64,000 nucleotides of DNA from an uncultured bacterium (GTDB taxonomy: Bacteria > Babelota > Babeliae > Babelales > RVW-14): the NCBI GenBank assembly GCA_903825355.1, contig CAIKAH010000001.1, positions 2,540 through 66,539 on the forward strand, in the 5' to 3' direction. The translations under genes and the position numbers were made by a program. Positions 8,759 through 18,378 of the stretch are shown one piece after another. The notes beneath the pieces are model-generated. The model searched no databases. It was given only the letters and a program-made list of their open reading frames with translations, and was not told the origin of the DNA. Each line of letters opens with the position of its first letter. The stretch's first letter is position 1.

Positions 8759-10654
8759 TTAGGCCGTTAGCTTTTCCCAAAGCTCATACGCTTCTTCTAG
8801 CTGCTTTTTCAAATGAGCATGCTTTACTTCAAGTTTTTTGTACTCATCAGTCCCCCAAGAAACATCAGCAAACTTGTGCGTTATGGTTTCATTTTCTTTT
8901 TCAAGCTTAGCAATTGAACTTTCCAAATTTTTGATTTTCTTTTGTTGATCTTCACTCCGAGCAGCACCTTTTGCTGTACCAGCATCGGGGGTTACAATCT
9001 TCTTTTGTGGCCCTTTTAAGTGCCCAGCAGCAGCTTGCTTTTCAAGCAATGCGCGCTCAGCTACATGCTTGGCATATTGGTATGATTCAAAATTACCCTC
9101 ATAACTACGTATACCTGTAGGAGTTAGCTCAAGTATGCGTGTTGCTAGCTCATCTAAGAACGTTCTATCATGCGATACAAATAAAATAGTGCCTTCAAAC
9201 TGCTTTAATGCTTGGCCCAAAATTTCTTTAGATTGCAAATCTAAATGGTTAGTTGGTTCGTCAAGGAGCAAAAAGTTCCCCTCAGCAAGGAGTACTTTTA
9301 CCATTGCTAATCGGTTTTTTTCCCCACCACTGAGCACGCGTACGCGTTTTGAAACATCATCACCAGAAAACAAAAATGAGCCCAACAAGGGGCGTAGCCG
9401 TGCATGAGCTGTTTGTGTTTTAGCAGACAGTTCAGCTTCGGCTAAGACTGTTTTTTCACCATCGAGCGAACGCTCTTGATCTTGCTCAAACAAAACTGGC
9501 TCAACATTATACCCCAGGGTATATTTGCCTGCGTCTTGCTCAAGTTTACCCATTAAAATACTTAACAACGTTGTCTTACCAACACCGTTTGCAGCAACCA
9601 AGGCCACTTTTTCGCCACGCTTAATATTGAAAGCAACATCTTTAAACAACTGCTTTGCGTCAAATGATTTACTAATGCCTTCAACGCTCATCACAATATC
9701 GCCAGAACGTTTTGCCGGGGGTACGGAAATACGCATGGTTGCTGGCCCTGCATGGATTTCAACCTTTTCCATTTTATCCAAGGCTTTAAGCATACTCTGC
9801 GCTGTACTTGCACGTGATGCACTTGCTCTAAATTTATTAATAACTTCCATTTTCTTTTTAATTTCACGCTGTTGAGCATCGTATTGCTTTTGTAACAACT
9901 CTTCTGCTTGGGCTTTTTGCTCCAGGTAGCGCGTATAGTTACCGGTATACATTGTACCTCTGCCCATTTCAACTTCAAAAATGTAGTTGCACACGTGATC
10001 TAGAAAATAGCGATCATGCGAAACAAGCAAGAAACCAAAGCGAGCATTTTTTAAGAAATCTAAAAACCACGTCTGCGCAACAATATCCAAGTGGTTAGTT
10101 GGTTCATCAAATAGGTAAAGATCAGCCTTTTGCAACAATAATTTTGCAAGCACTACCCGCATTTTCCAGCCAACACTCAGTTGATCAACCGGCGTATCCC
10201 AACGGTCTGGCCCTAAGCCCAGCCCCTGCAATACTTGCTTAGCTTCCACCACAAGCGCCGGCAAATCAAAATCTGAAAGTGCGGTAATTGCCGTAGTATA
10301 CTCTTCAAATTGCTCGTCGGTAGCTTCGCCAGTTGCTAAAATAGCTTCTAGCTCTGTTACTTTTTTTTGCAACGCTTGTGCTTCATCAAAAACAGAGCAT
10401 GTCTCATCAAGAATAGACCGCGAAGAAAGCAGTACTACTTCTTGGGGCAGGTAAGCAATTTTACGCTCACGCTCAAGACTAATCGCCCCTTTATCCAATG
10501 GCTGACGGCCACCAATTACTTTGAGCAAGGTACTTTTACCAGCACCGTTACGCCCCACCAGTCCAACTTTTTGCCCTAATTGTATGGTAAAAGATACCTG
10601 TTTAAATACCTCTTGTTGACCAAAAGTTAATTCTAAATCTTGTGCAATAAGCAT
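8759..10654 (-). CDS. ABC-F family ATPase (two ABC cassettes, no TM domain; Uup/YbiT-like translation factor type)
   Basis: Two Walker A motifs (GRNGAGKSTLL, AANGVGKTTLL), two signature motifs (LSVGWKMR, LSGGEKNR) and two SHDR-YFLD/TFLD switch regions. It has an inter-cassette linker and a C-terminal coiled-coil tail. Confidence 0.9.
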   Translation of the reverse strand: MLIAQDLELTFGQQEVFKQVSFTIQLGQKVGLVGRNGAGKSTLLKVIGGRQPLDKGAISLERERKIAYLPQEVVLLSSRSILDETCSVFDEAQALQKKVTELEAILATGEATDEQFEEYTTAITALSDFDLPALVVEAKQVLQGLGLGPDRWDTPVDQLSVGWKMRVVLAKLLLQKADLYLFDEPTNHLDIVAQTWFLDFLKNARFGFLLVSHDRYFLDHVCNYIFEVEMGRGTMYTGNYTRYLEQKAQAEELLQKQYDAQQREIKKKMEVINKFRASASRASTAQSMLKALDKMEKVEIHAGPATMRISVPPAKRSGDIVMSVEGISKSFDAKQLFKDVAFNIKRGEKVALVAANGVGKTTLLSILMGKLEQDAGKYTLGYNVEPVLFEQDQERSLDGEKTVLAEAELSAKTQTAHARLRPLLGSFLFSGDDVSKRVRVLSGGEKNRLAMVKVLLAEGNFLLLDEPTNHLDLQSKEILGQALKQFEGTILFVSHDRTFLDELATRILELTPTGIRSYEGNFESYQYAKHVAERALLEKQAAAGHLKGPQKKIVTPDAGTAKGAARSEDQQKKIKNLESSIAKLEKENETITHKFADVSWGTDEYKKLEVKHAHLKKQLEEAYELWEKLTA

Positions 10655-10671
10655 GCATATTCCTATGAGAT

Positions 10672-10701
10672 AAAAAAGGCCCCTGTGAATTTCCAGGGGC
10701 C
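10672..10701 (-). terminator. Rho-independent terminator downstream of the 764-aa gene
   Basis: The minus strand reads AGGCCCCTG-GAAATTCA-CAGGGGCCT followed by TTTTTT. Confidence 0.75.
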
Positions 10702-10785
10702 TGATTATGTAATTTATTTTTCAAACATTCATCATAACGATGAACACAAGGCAGCTGCCGGTTACTGCTCTACCCGCACGCTAGC

Positions 10786-13080
10786 CTATGCTGCCGCCTG
10801 CCCTTGTGGGCCACTAGGCTTTCTAAAGAACCATTCAGCCATTTTATAGCCGGCCTGACGACCGACAAAACCACTCAGGCTGATAAGTATACCATGTCCC
10901 ACTTTATCGACAAGAAGCGGTACAAACTCAACCAAGTCATCTTTGTGTTTTTTATAGTCCTCAAGACAGCTCATGGTTTGTTTGTAATCAAAAATTCCCA
11001 TCATGAAGAAGTAGTCAAGAAACGCAATCATCATTGCATCATTAATTTTTTGATCATCGTGTAGATCAGGAGAGATCATACCTACTGATCGCATAAAATC
11101 AATCGCTGCACGGCGTTGCTGGCTACCCGCCGTATGCATAACATCTTGGATCATTGCTTGCAGCATGTTCACTACAATTTCTTTGCTATAACCAAGCAAC
11201 ATAACTTCGTCTTCTGAGAACAGCCATGATGCTACTTTCATTCCCACCTTGCTTAATCCAGAAGCTAGAGCCTCAATATTTGCAGCAGCCCCTTTACGAG
11301 CCCAATGGCGACCTATTGAGCCAAAGACATAATAAAGCGCACTGTACTCTAGAAATAAGTTTTGATTTTGCTTAAAGAAAGCCTCATGTGTTACCCCGCC
11401 ATTTGGATACATTTTAGCGTACGCAGTCATCATATCAAAGAAGTACCAGCGATTGTTATAACCGTGTATATCAAAATCGTTAAAGCGCGCGATATAGTCA
11501 TTGATTACCGGATGGCGCTGCATTAAGCACCAAGTAATACAAACATCCATAAATTCAGAAAGAATTCGCGGACTTACTACGCCCATTGTTGCATTTTCAA
11601 TATCATACATACGTTCACGGCTTACATGGTTATAAATAGCTGACTCCATCATGCCGCTGACATATCCTTGCAAGCTAAAAATACCAAAACGAATAATTGC
11701 ACGGTAAACATCAGCCGTTAGCGCCTTATTGCGTGGAGTTCCATCTTCTTCAAAGGTAAAAACATCTTTAAAATTACCTAAATTATACCAAGCAAAAGCA
11801 CATACAAAACGCATACCAAAACGCGCCAACTGAGACATTTGCATGGCATACATAGTTGGCTTATTAAAAAGCTGCGCACCAGCAAATAAGGTCATCCCGT
11901 GTTTTTGCAACTTAGTAAGAACGCCCCCTAGAGCAGCGATTCCCACTCCTTCGTTCAATGGATCGACAAAGTGAGCCAGAGAACTATCACCAATAATAAG
12001 CTGCGTAATGTCACGACCAGCAGAATCAAAATGATGCTGAGCCATCGCAGCAAAAGCTAGCCCTGAACGCAAGCAAACATCTTGCACCCACACGCTACTT
12101 GGGGATCGACCATGAGTAAGGTGTGCAAAACTAAAGCCATTAAGCATGAAATATGGCTCAAACACGTCATACACATGCGACATGGTGTAAAGCACCCAAC
12201 TAATATCAATAGTAGCCTTGGCAGCAGCCTTTTGCACATTGATCATTGTGTGCAAGTGCTTAGTAACTTGTTTGGTCCAATACTCCAGTGCCTTGTGCTG
12301 TACAATATCGCCTTTTGCTATTGTTTCAGTCAAATGCACCAATACATTGCTAGTTTTATGAAGAACTTTTTCCAACTCTTTAATTGCTGGCGCGTTAATA
12401 TTGTAACAAGCACGCGCTGCAGCAGCATAATTTTTAGCATGCATTTTTGTCAAAATGTCGCGCAAAGTTATTGTTTGTTCGCTCTCTGCTTTTTCAAGCA
12501 ATTTTAGCAATCCTTTAAGATCAGCGTGCCCCCAAACAGCTGTAGCCGCAACAGCCTTATCTTGCGCATTATTACTGATATTACTAAAAAATAGTTCTTG
12601 AAAGGAGCCATCACGCAACGCATCTTCTAGCTTATGCAGCGCTTGTTTACACTCATCAGTTTGTTTTGGTTGGTTAGCAATAGTATAAGCCAACATCCCA
12701 ATAGTATTTTGCAAACGCAAATTGTTTGCCACCACAGAAACACCTTGTAGGGCCTCTTCCACTAAGGCACGGGCATCAGCAGGCAATACTTTGAGATGTT
12801 GCTCACGAATTTCTTGTTGCTGACGAATCGCATCAGCTTTAAGCCGCTCAATCAATGCTTGAAAATCATTCTGTAATTCTATAGGGTTTGAACCAATTAA
12901 CGATAGAGCTTGAATATCCCCTTCAGTGCGTATTGGCTGATCATCAAAATCTTTGAATAACGCTAGTTCTTTTGTAACTTCTTTACTCATTTCGATTGGT
13001 TGAGGAGTGCCTACTGCATGAACTTGAGTAAACAAAACAAATGCCGTTACCAGTACGCGTCTAAATTGTGCGATTGTCAT
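10786..13080 (-). CDS. Large signal-peptide protein, unknown function (tandem paralog 1)
   Basis: 764-aa ORF with a signal-like N-terminus (MTIAQFRRVLVTAFVLFTQVHAVG). It is alignable end to end with the 13296..15410 product, for example VDPLNEGVGIAALGGVLTKLQK / VDPLNEGIGIFALGGILGKLQK and YYVFGSIGRHWARKGAAA / YYVFGSVGRYWARKGAAA. Confidence 0.8.
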   Translation of the reverse strand: MTIAQFRRVLVTAFVLFTQVHAVGTPQPIEMSKEVTKELALFKDFDDQPIRTEGDIQALSLIGSNPIELQNDFQALIERLKADAIRQQQEIREQHLKVLPADARALVEEALQGVSVVANNLRLQNTIGMLAYTIANQPKQTDECKQALHKLEDALRDGSFQELFFSNISNNAQDKAVAATAVWGHADLKGLLKLLEKAESEQTITLRDILTKMHAKNYAAAARACYNINAPAIKELEKVLHKTSNVLVHLTETIAKGDIVQHKALEYWTKQVTKHLHTMINVQKAAAKATIDISWVLYTMSHVYDVFEPYFMLNGFSFAHLTHGRSPSSVWVQDVCLRSGLAFAAMAQHHFDSAGRDITQLIIGDSSLAHFVDPLNEGVGIAALGGVLTKLQKHGMTLFAGAQLFNKPTMYAMQMSQLARFGMRFVCAFAWYNLGNFKDVFTFEEDGTPRNKALTADVYRAIIRFGIFSLQGYVSGMMESAIYNHVSRERMYDIENATMGVVSPRILSEFMDVCITWCLMQRHPVINDYIARFNDFDIHGYNNRWYFFDMMTAYAKMYPNGGVTHEAFFKQNQNLFLEYSALYYVFGSIGRHWARKGAAANIEALASGLSKVGMKVASWLFSEDEVMLLGYSKEIVVNMLQAMIQDVMHTAGSQQRRAAIDFMRSVGMISPDLHDDQKINDAMMIAFLDYFFMMGIFDYKQTMSCLEDYKKHKDDLVEFVPLLVDKVGHGILISLSGFVGRQAGYKMAEWFFRKPSGPQGQAAA

Positions 13081-13295
13081 AAAACACCATGTAATAAATA
13101 TGTTAAGAATGTCCTACTGTGTGCCCCCGCCCCCGATTTAACTCCCGAGCTATAACGCTTATAATCACGTTCAGCACGACAAAGAGCCCCGGATTCCGGA
13201 TTCGCTAGTATGGCAAGACCAGCAATGGTGTCAATTAAAATGAAATAGAATTAACTTTAAGACAAAACGATCCCGTTGTTATTTTCAGATTGAAT

Positions 13296-15392
13296 TTATT
13301 GCGACTGAATGGGAGAGATAGGCTCCCTAAAAAAATACTCAGCAGCTTTATAGCCAACATGACGGCCCAGAAATCCACTAAGGCTAATAATAAAAGCATT
13401 TCCTACTGAGCAAAGAAAACGAGGAATAAAAATATCCATGTCTTCTTTGTATTCTTCGTACAAGGTTATGCATGCAGCTGCCTGATGATAATCAAAGACC
13501 CCAAAAAAGAGAAAATAATCGGTAAACAACTTAATAATCATCTCGTTGATTTCTGCATCCTCAGGCAACTGAGCAGGCAAACACCCTTTTGATTGTAAAA
13601 AAGCAATCGCTTGGTAACGCAACGCGCCGCCTGTCGTCATCACATCGTGGAGGACAAAGCCCAACAGACCAGTAATTTGTTCTTTACTCAGTAGTATTTG
13701 ATCGGCATATTTTTTTGGCAACACATAGGATGCCATTGAACTACCTACACTTCGCGCATACGCCCCAATAGTCTCACCATAAGCAGCTGCACCCTTGCGT
13801 GCCCAATAACGCCCCACAGAACCAAAGACATAATAAAGTGTAGAATACTCATAAAATCGCTGCTGGTTATAAGCCAAAAATTGTTCAAATGCTGCTTCAT
13901 CTTTAGGATCTGCATATTTGAACATGTATCGCAAATACCAGGCATGTTTGTACTGATGAATATCAGCATCGCTAAATTTAACAATATTTTTTTCTACCCA
14001 CTCGTGCCGCCGCATAAGGCAACCAGTAACACACATATCAACAAATTCGCTGACCAGCTGAGGAGCAATAATACCCATGGTGGCATTTTCAATCTGATAT
14101 AGCCTTTCAGCACTTACTTTATCACAAATTAACTTCTCCACCGAGCCGCTCACATGTGCTTCTAACTCTAACAAACCATAGCGTAAAATAGAACGATAGA
14201 GCAATGCCGTTACTGCGTAATTTTCAACTTTTTTTGTTTTAAGTAATGGTACTAAGTTATACCACGCAAAAGCACACCCAAAGCGCAAAGCAAACCGCTC
14301 AACAGGAGATAGTGGCGGACCAAACATGGTTGGCACAGCGAAAGCATGCCCTATGGTACCCACGGCGTTCATCGTCTTTTGTAACTTACCCAATATGCCG
14401 CCCAAGGCAAAAATACCTATCCCTTCATTGAGAGGGTCAACTTGCTGCACCAACGATCCATCGCCCATAATAAGCAAGGTAATATCGTTCTTTGCAGTCT
14501 CAATATCCTGTTGCTTCATAGCCATATAAGCAATACTTGTACGCATAAATACGTCTTGCCAAAGAGGCGCATGCAACATATTTTCAAATGAAAACTCTCC
14601 ATACAGGTGAAAATAAGGTTGTAAGATATCGTAGAAATAAGAAAGCGCTAACAGCAATCGCTGTAAATCAAGATTAGCCATAGTGCCTGCTTTTTTCATT
14701 TTACGCACTGTTTGCAGATGTTTATTGATCTGCTTGGTCCAAAAAATAAAAGCATCACGATTAAGTAATTCTTTTTTGTTTCGTGCAGTCAAAGCAGCAG
14801 CAAGACAGTTGCTCGTTGTTTTAAGTTTTTGCTCAAGTGCAGCGAGCGAAGATGCATGAACTGCATAAACGGCACGTGCTGCAGTAGCATAATCGCTTGC
14901 CTGTAGCTTTTCTAAAATAGCTGCTAAGATTGCTGCTGAGTTGCCAGCTGCTTTCTGCAACAGTGGTAAGAGCTCATCCAACTCCTTTTTTCCCCACGCG
15001 GGAACTTCTTGAACAGGAGCACACATATTTCCAAAAAAGAAATGACCAACGGAACCATCACGGGTTGCACGCTCAAGTAAAGTAAGGGCATCGTGCAGCG
15101 TCTGGGAACTGCTATTCGTGAGTTGTTTTTTAATATCGCTAATCAGCATGTCTAGCGTAGCAGGAAGCCTGAACAGATCACTACATTCCGTAAATGCAGT
15201 AAGAGACTCTTCAACGAGCGCACGAAGTGATGTGGGCAAAGCGTTAAAATGTTTTTCACGAAGCATTTTTTGGCGCGCAACAATAGGAGCAAAAATATCA
15301 TCAGTGCTTGGCAATGTTATTGCAGCACAGGAAAGACTAGTATGAACAATAATCGCACATAACCACATGCGCACTAAGGAAATAATTTGCAT
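13296..15392 (-). CDS. Large signal-peptide protein, unknown function (tandem paralog 2)
   Basis: The track ORF is 13296..15410. The likely start is the internal ATG at 15392 (MQIISLVRMWLCAIIVHTSLSCAA). It shares conserved blocks with the 10786..13080 product along its whole length, including the C-terminal ISLSGF(V/L)GR..GYK.AE.FFR.P. Confidence 0.8.
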   Translation of the reverse strand: MQIISLVRMWLCAIIVHTSLSCAAITLPSTDDIFAPIVARQKMLREKHFNALPTSLRALVEESLTAFTECSDLFRLPATLDMLISDIKKQLTNSSSQTLHDALTLLERATRDGSVGHFFFGNMCAPVQEVPAWGKKELDELLPLLQKAAGNSAAILAAILEKLQASDYATAARAVYAVHASSLAALEQKLKTTSNCLAAALTARNKKELLNRDAFIFWTKQINKHLQTVRKMKKAGTMANLDLQRLLLALSYFYDILQPYFHLYGEFSFENMLHAPLWQDVFMRTSIAYMAMKQQDIETAKNDITLLIMGDGSLVQQVDPLNEGIGIFALGGILGKLQKTMNAVGTIGHAFAVPTMFGPPLSPVERFALRFGCAFAWYNLVPLLKTKKVENYAVTALLYRSILRYGLLELEAHVSGSVEKLICDKVSAERLYQIENATMGIIAPQLVSEFVDMCVTGCLMRRHEWVEKNIVKFSDADIHQYKHAWYLRYMFKYADPKDEAAFEQFLAYNQQRFYEYSTLYYVFGSVGRYWARKGAAAYGETIGAYARSVGSSMASYVLPKKYADQILLSKEQITGLLGFVLHDVMTTGGALRYQAIAFLQSKGCLPAQLPEDAEINEMIIKLFTDYFLFFGVFDYHQAAACITLYEEYKEDMDIFIPRFLCSVGNAFIISLSGFLGRHVGYKAAEYFFREPISPIQSQ

Positions 15393-15557
15393 AAAACCCC
15401 AACCACCCACATAAACTCATTAGATACCCGTTAGCCGCTCCTCTTTTGGAATAAAATGTAGAGAGGCAAAATATAGTATGGCAGGGGTTATTGGAACGTC
15501 AAACGGGTGGGGAAACTACCACTTTTGAGCAACGACTAATCATACACCGGCCGCAGC

Positions 15558-16682
15558 CTAGTTTCTATCTGCATTAATTCGCTCATAGCGTGCACAATTA
15601 GCGATAAAACCAATCATGCACCAGCTCGCAATAAGTGCTGTCCCACCATAACTAATAAAAGGCAGTCCCAACCCTTTAGTCGGTAGCAAACCACAAGATA
15701 CCATAAGATTGATCAGCGCTTGAATCGTTAGCAATATAATAAAACCAAGCGAGCTAAAAAAGCCAAATCGCTCACGAAATAAAAGCACAATACGCATACC
15801 AAAAAATAAAAATGCTGCGTAGAGTAGAATAAGCCCTAACGACCCAATAAACCCTATTTCCTCGGCAATAATAGGAAAGATAAAATCTGTATGTTGCATA
15901 GGAAGATAGAAAAATTTCTGTTTAGAATTGGCAATCCCAACGCCCCACATTTTGCCGTTGCCAATAGCAATAAGTGACTGGATAATTTGAAATCCTTTTC
16001 CTTGGGGATCGGCCCACGGGTTCAAGAAAATTAAAATACGGCTCAAGCGGTATGACTTGGAAAAAATGAGATAGACAATCGCAGGGCAAGCAAGGAGCGC
16101 TGTAGTAAGTAAATAGCGCATATTACATTCTGCAACAAAGAAAAGGACTAACGCAGTGGAAAAAAGCGTAATGACCGAACCAAAATCAGGTTGTTTAAGC
16201 AAGAGCGCAAAAGATACGCCCAACACAAATAAAAACGGCAAATAGGTATAGAAGAATGATTTAATGCGATATTGCTTTTTTTCTAAAAAATATCCCATGT
16301 ACAATATAAGAAATATTTTAAGCAGCTCGCTGGGCTGCAAACTAATAAAACCTAGATGTAGCCAGCGATTTGCCCCATGCATTTTTATTCCTAGCCCAGG
16401 AACAAATGTTAACCCCATCAAAGCAAGCGAGCCAATAAACAGCATGGGCGCATAGTGTTTGAGTTTTTCGTACGGGACGAGTGCAAATACCAAAAAGCCT
16501 ATAACTGCCAGCAATGTATAAGCAGCTTGTTTCTTTAAAAAAAAGAAATCACTTCCACATTTTTCTAATGCAAGAATGGAGCTTGAGGAATACACAAAGA
16601 CAAGGCCAACTAACGTAAGCAACGTTACTATGCCCATAAGTGTTTGTACATCTGCACGTAAACGACTTGTCGGTAATGCCAT
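15558..16682 (-). CDS. ftsW: SEDS-family peptidoglycan glycosyltransferase FtsW
   Basis: Polytopic membrane protein of 374 aa with family motifs (QPSELLK, LPMQHTDFIF, GLGLPFISYGGTALI). It lies directly downstream of murD, as in dcw clusters. Confidence 0.85.
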   Translation of the reverse strand: MALPTSRLRADVQTLMGIVTLLTLVGLVFVYSSSSILALEKCGSDFFFLKKQAAYTLLAVIGFLVFALVPYEKLKHYAPMLFIGSLALMGLTFVPGLGIKMHGANRWLHLGFISLQPSELLKIFLILYMGYFLEKKQYRIKSFFYTYLPFLFVLGVSFALLLKQPDFGSVITLFSTALVLFFVAECNMRYLLTTALLACPAIVYLIFSKSYRLSRILIFLNPWADPQGKGFQIIQSLIAIGNGKMWGVGIANSKQKFFYLPMQHTDFIFPIIAEEIGFIGSLGLILLYAAFLFFGMRIVLLFRERFGFFSSLGFIILLTIQALINLMVSCGLLPTKGLGLPFISYGGTALIASWCMIGFIANCARYERINADRN

Positions 16683-16705
16683 GAGAGCCTCGCTTGTATT
16701 GTCAC

Positions 16706-16860
16706 TCGAATCTTTCTGATCCCAACTGACTTCGCCAATACAAAACGAACGTTCTATATCTAGACAAACTCAGGGGGAGAGGATGATTATAACCCACATT
16801 GTTCCCGTCATCCTGGACTTGTCGATAGCCCCTGACCAACGGGGCCAAGAAGATGCGGGC
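16706..16860. repeat. Second copy of the GC-rich intergenic element (two diverged inverted units), between murD and ftsW
   Basis: ATCTTTCTGATCCCAACTGACTTCGCC...CTCAGGGGGAGAGG matches the reverse complement of 7817-7873 (CTCTTTCTCGTCCTGGCGGACTTCGCC...CTCAGGGGGAGCGG). CCCGTCATCCTGGAC...GGGGCCAAGAAGATGCGGG matches the reverse complement of 7667-7726 (CCCGCTCACCCTGAGC...GGGCCAAGAAAGAGCGG). Confidence 0.65.
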
Positions 16861-16895
16861 TAAACCAATTCTCACTGTAAAAAAAAGAGTGCCCC

Positions 16896-18356
16896 TTAGG
16901 CAAGCTTTTGCACGAGCTGCTCAAACACCTTGCCCCGATGCTCATAATTTTTAAAAAAATCAAAGCTTGTCCCGCTTGGAGAAAAAATGACTATATCCCC
17001 ATCCTTCATGATCAATCCTATAACCTGTATCACTTCTTCTAAAGTATTACATGCTGTTGCACCAGGAAACTGATGACTTTCTGGCCCAAACGCAAAAATA
17101 TGTTTTACAGGGTGCATTTTTGCCAACTCCGGCATTAACCATGAGCGATCAATACCTTTACTAAGCCCCCCCAAGATAATGATCAACGGACGTTTTTTAG
17201 TAGTAAGCCGTGCTACTGCTGCAAGGGTAGCTTCTGCTATAGTTGATTTTGAGTCATCATAAAAATCAACTCCTCGAATAGTAGCACAATGACGCACTCG
17301 ATGGCCCAGGTCTGAAAGCAGCTTCTCTGGTGAGATTTTTTTCAAGACAGCAGGCAACTGTTCTACAGCAAGTCCCATCACATACAGCCCTGCAACAACC
17401 TGCATCCAGTTACTAATAAAGGTAAGATCAGGCAATATAATATTTTCCACTAAAAGTATGGTAGCCGTACAGTTAAAATATTCATACGTTGCAAGCATAA
17501 TGCTGGTACCATCAATATAAAGGAGTTGAAAATGACTGATAGGAACCAACTTCAATGCAGTATCATCAAGTTTAGATACAGCCGTTACTAAGATCTTGCT
17601 ACGTACAGACTTAAATGTACTTGCCATAATAAATTGAGCCTGGCCTACCAATAGCTCATATGAAATAATAGCTGTATCTTGTGGCCCTTGGGCATACAGC
17701 ATCGTTAATTTTGCTGCACAATAGCCAGCAAATGTCTTATGACGATCTAAATGATTGGGATAAAAATTGGTATATATTGCGATGTTAGGAGAAAAAGAGG
17801 TATTCAATTCTAGTTGAAAGCTAGACAATTCTATAACGGCAGCATCTAGTTCTTTTTGTTGACTAACTAAATCAAGCATACCAATACCAACGTTACCGCC
17901 AATCGCAACCTGCAATCGTCTACCATTGCCCTTTTTTGGTACTATATTTGCTAGGCTACCCAACAAACGTGTAATAGTTGTTTTACCAACTGAACCGGTG
18001 ATAGCAATTGTTGGCTTATTAAAAAGTACACTAAAAAAATCAAGCTCACAGAGTATTTTACTTCTATATTGTTGATAGGGGCTCAGATCAACGCCTGGGC
18101 TGGCAAGAAGAATATCATGCTGCTCGAAAAAATTTTTCAAATCGGTACTATGACCATCAATAAACACAGCATCTGCGTGTTTTAAGAGTGTTACTTCATG
18201 CTCATCTAAAACACGGTTGTCCCAGACAGAAATTTTTTTGCTTTCACTCAAAACACACTCAACACGATTAGAAGTACCTTCGACTCGCGTACTACTTAAA
18301 AGGGCTAAGGCAGACTTGCCTACTACCCCAAAACCAATAATCCCTAGCTTGTACAC
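16896..18356 (-). CDS. murD: UDP-N-acetylmuramoylalanine--D-glutamate ligase (MurD)
   Basis: Mur ligase layout: N-terminal Rossmann (LGIIGFGVVGKS), ATP-binding ITGSVGKTTI, and DDSKSTIAEATLAAV in the C-terminal domain. It starts with GTG. Confidence 0.85.
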   Translation of the reverse strand: MYKLGIIGFGVVGKSALALLSSTRVEGTSNRVECVLSESKKISVWDNRVLDEHEVTLLKHADAVFIDGHSTDLKNFFEQHDILLASPGVDLSPYQQYRSKILCELDFFSVLFNKPTIAITGSVGKTTITRLLGSLANIVPKKGNGRRLQVAIGGNVGIGMLDLVSQQKELDAAVIELSSFQLELNTSFSPNIAIYTNFYPNHLDRHKTFAGYCAAKLTMLYAQGPQDTAIISYELLVGQAQFIMASTFKSVRSKILVTAVSKLDDTALKLVPISHFQLLYIDGTSIMLATYEYFNCTATILLVENIILPDLTFISNWMQVVAGLYVMGLAVEQLPAVLKKISPEKLLSDLGHRVRHCATIRGVDFYDDSKSTIAEATLAAVARLTTKKRPLIIILGGLSKGIDRSWLMPELAKMHPVKHIFAFGPESHQFPGATACNTLEEVIQVIGLIMKDGDIVIFSPSGTSFDFFKNYEHRGKVFEQLVQKLA

Positions 18357-18378
18357 AAGCTCCCCTTTGTAAAAACTA

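Noticed and set aside
8759-13080. Whether the ABC-F ATPase and the two large paralogs form a transporter or defence module
   Set aside because: A clear terminator (10672-10701) separates the 764-aa gene from the ABC-F gene. ABC-F proteins are soluble translation factors rather than transporter components, so there is no sequence evidence for a functional link.
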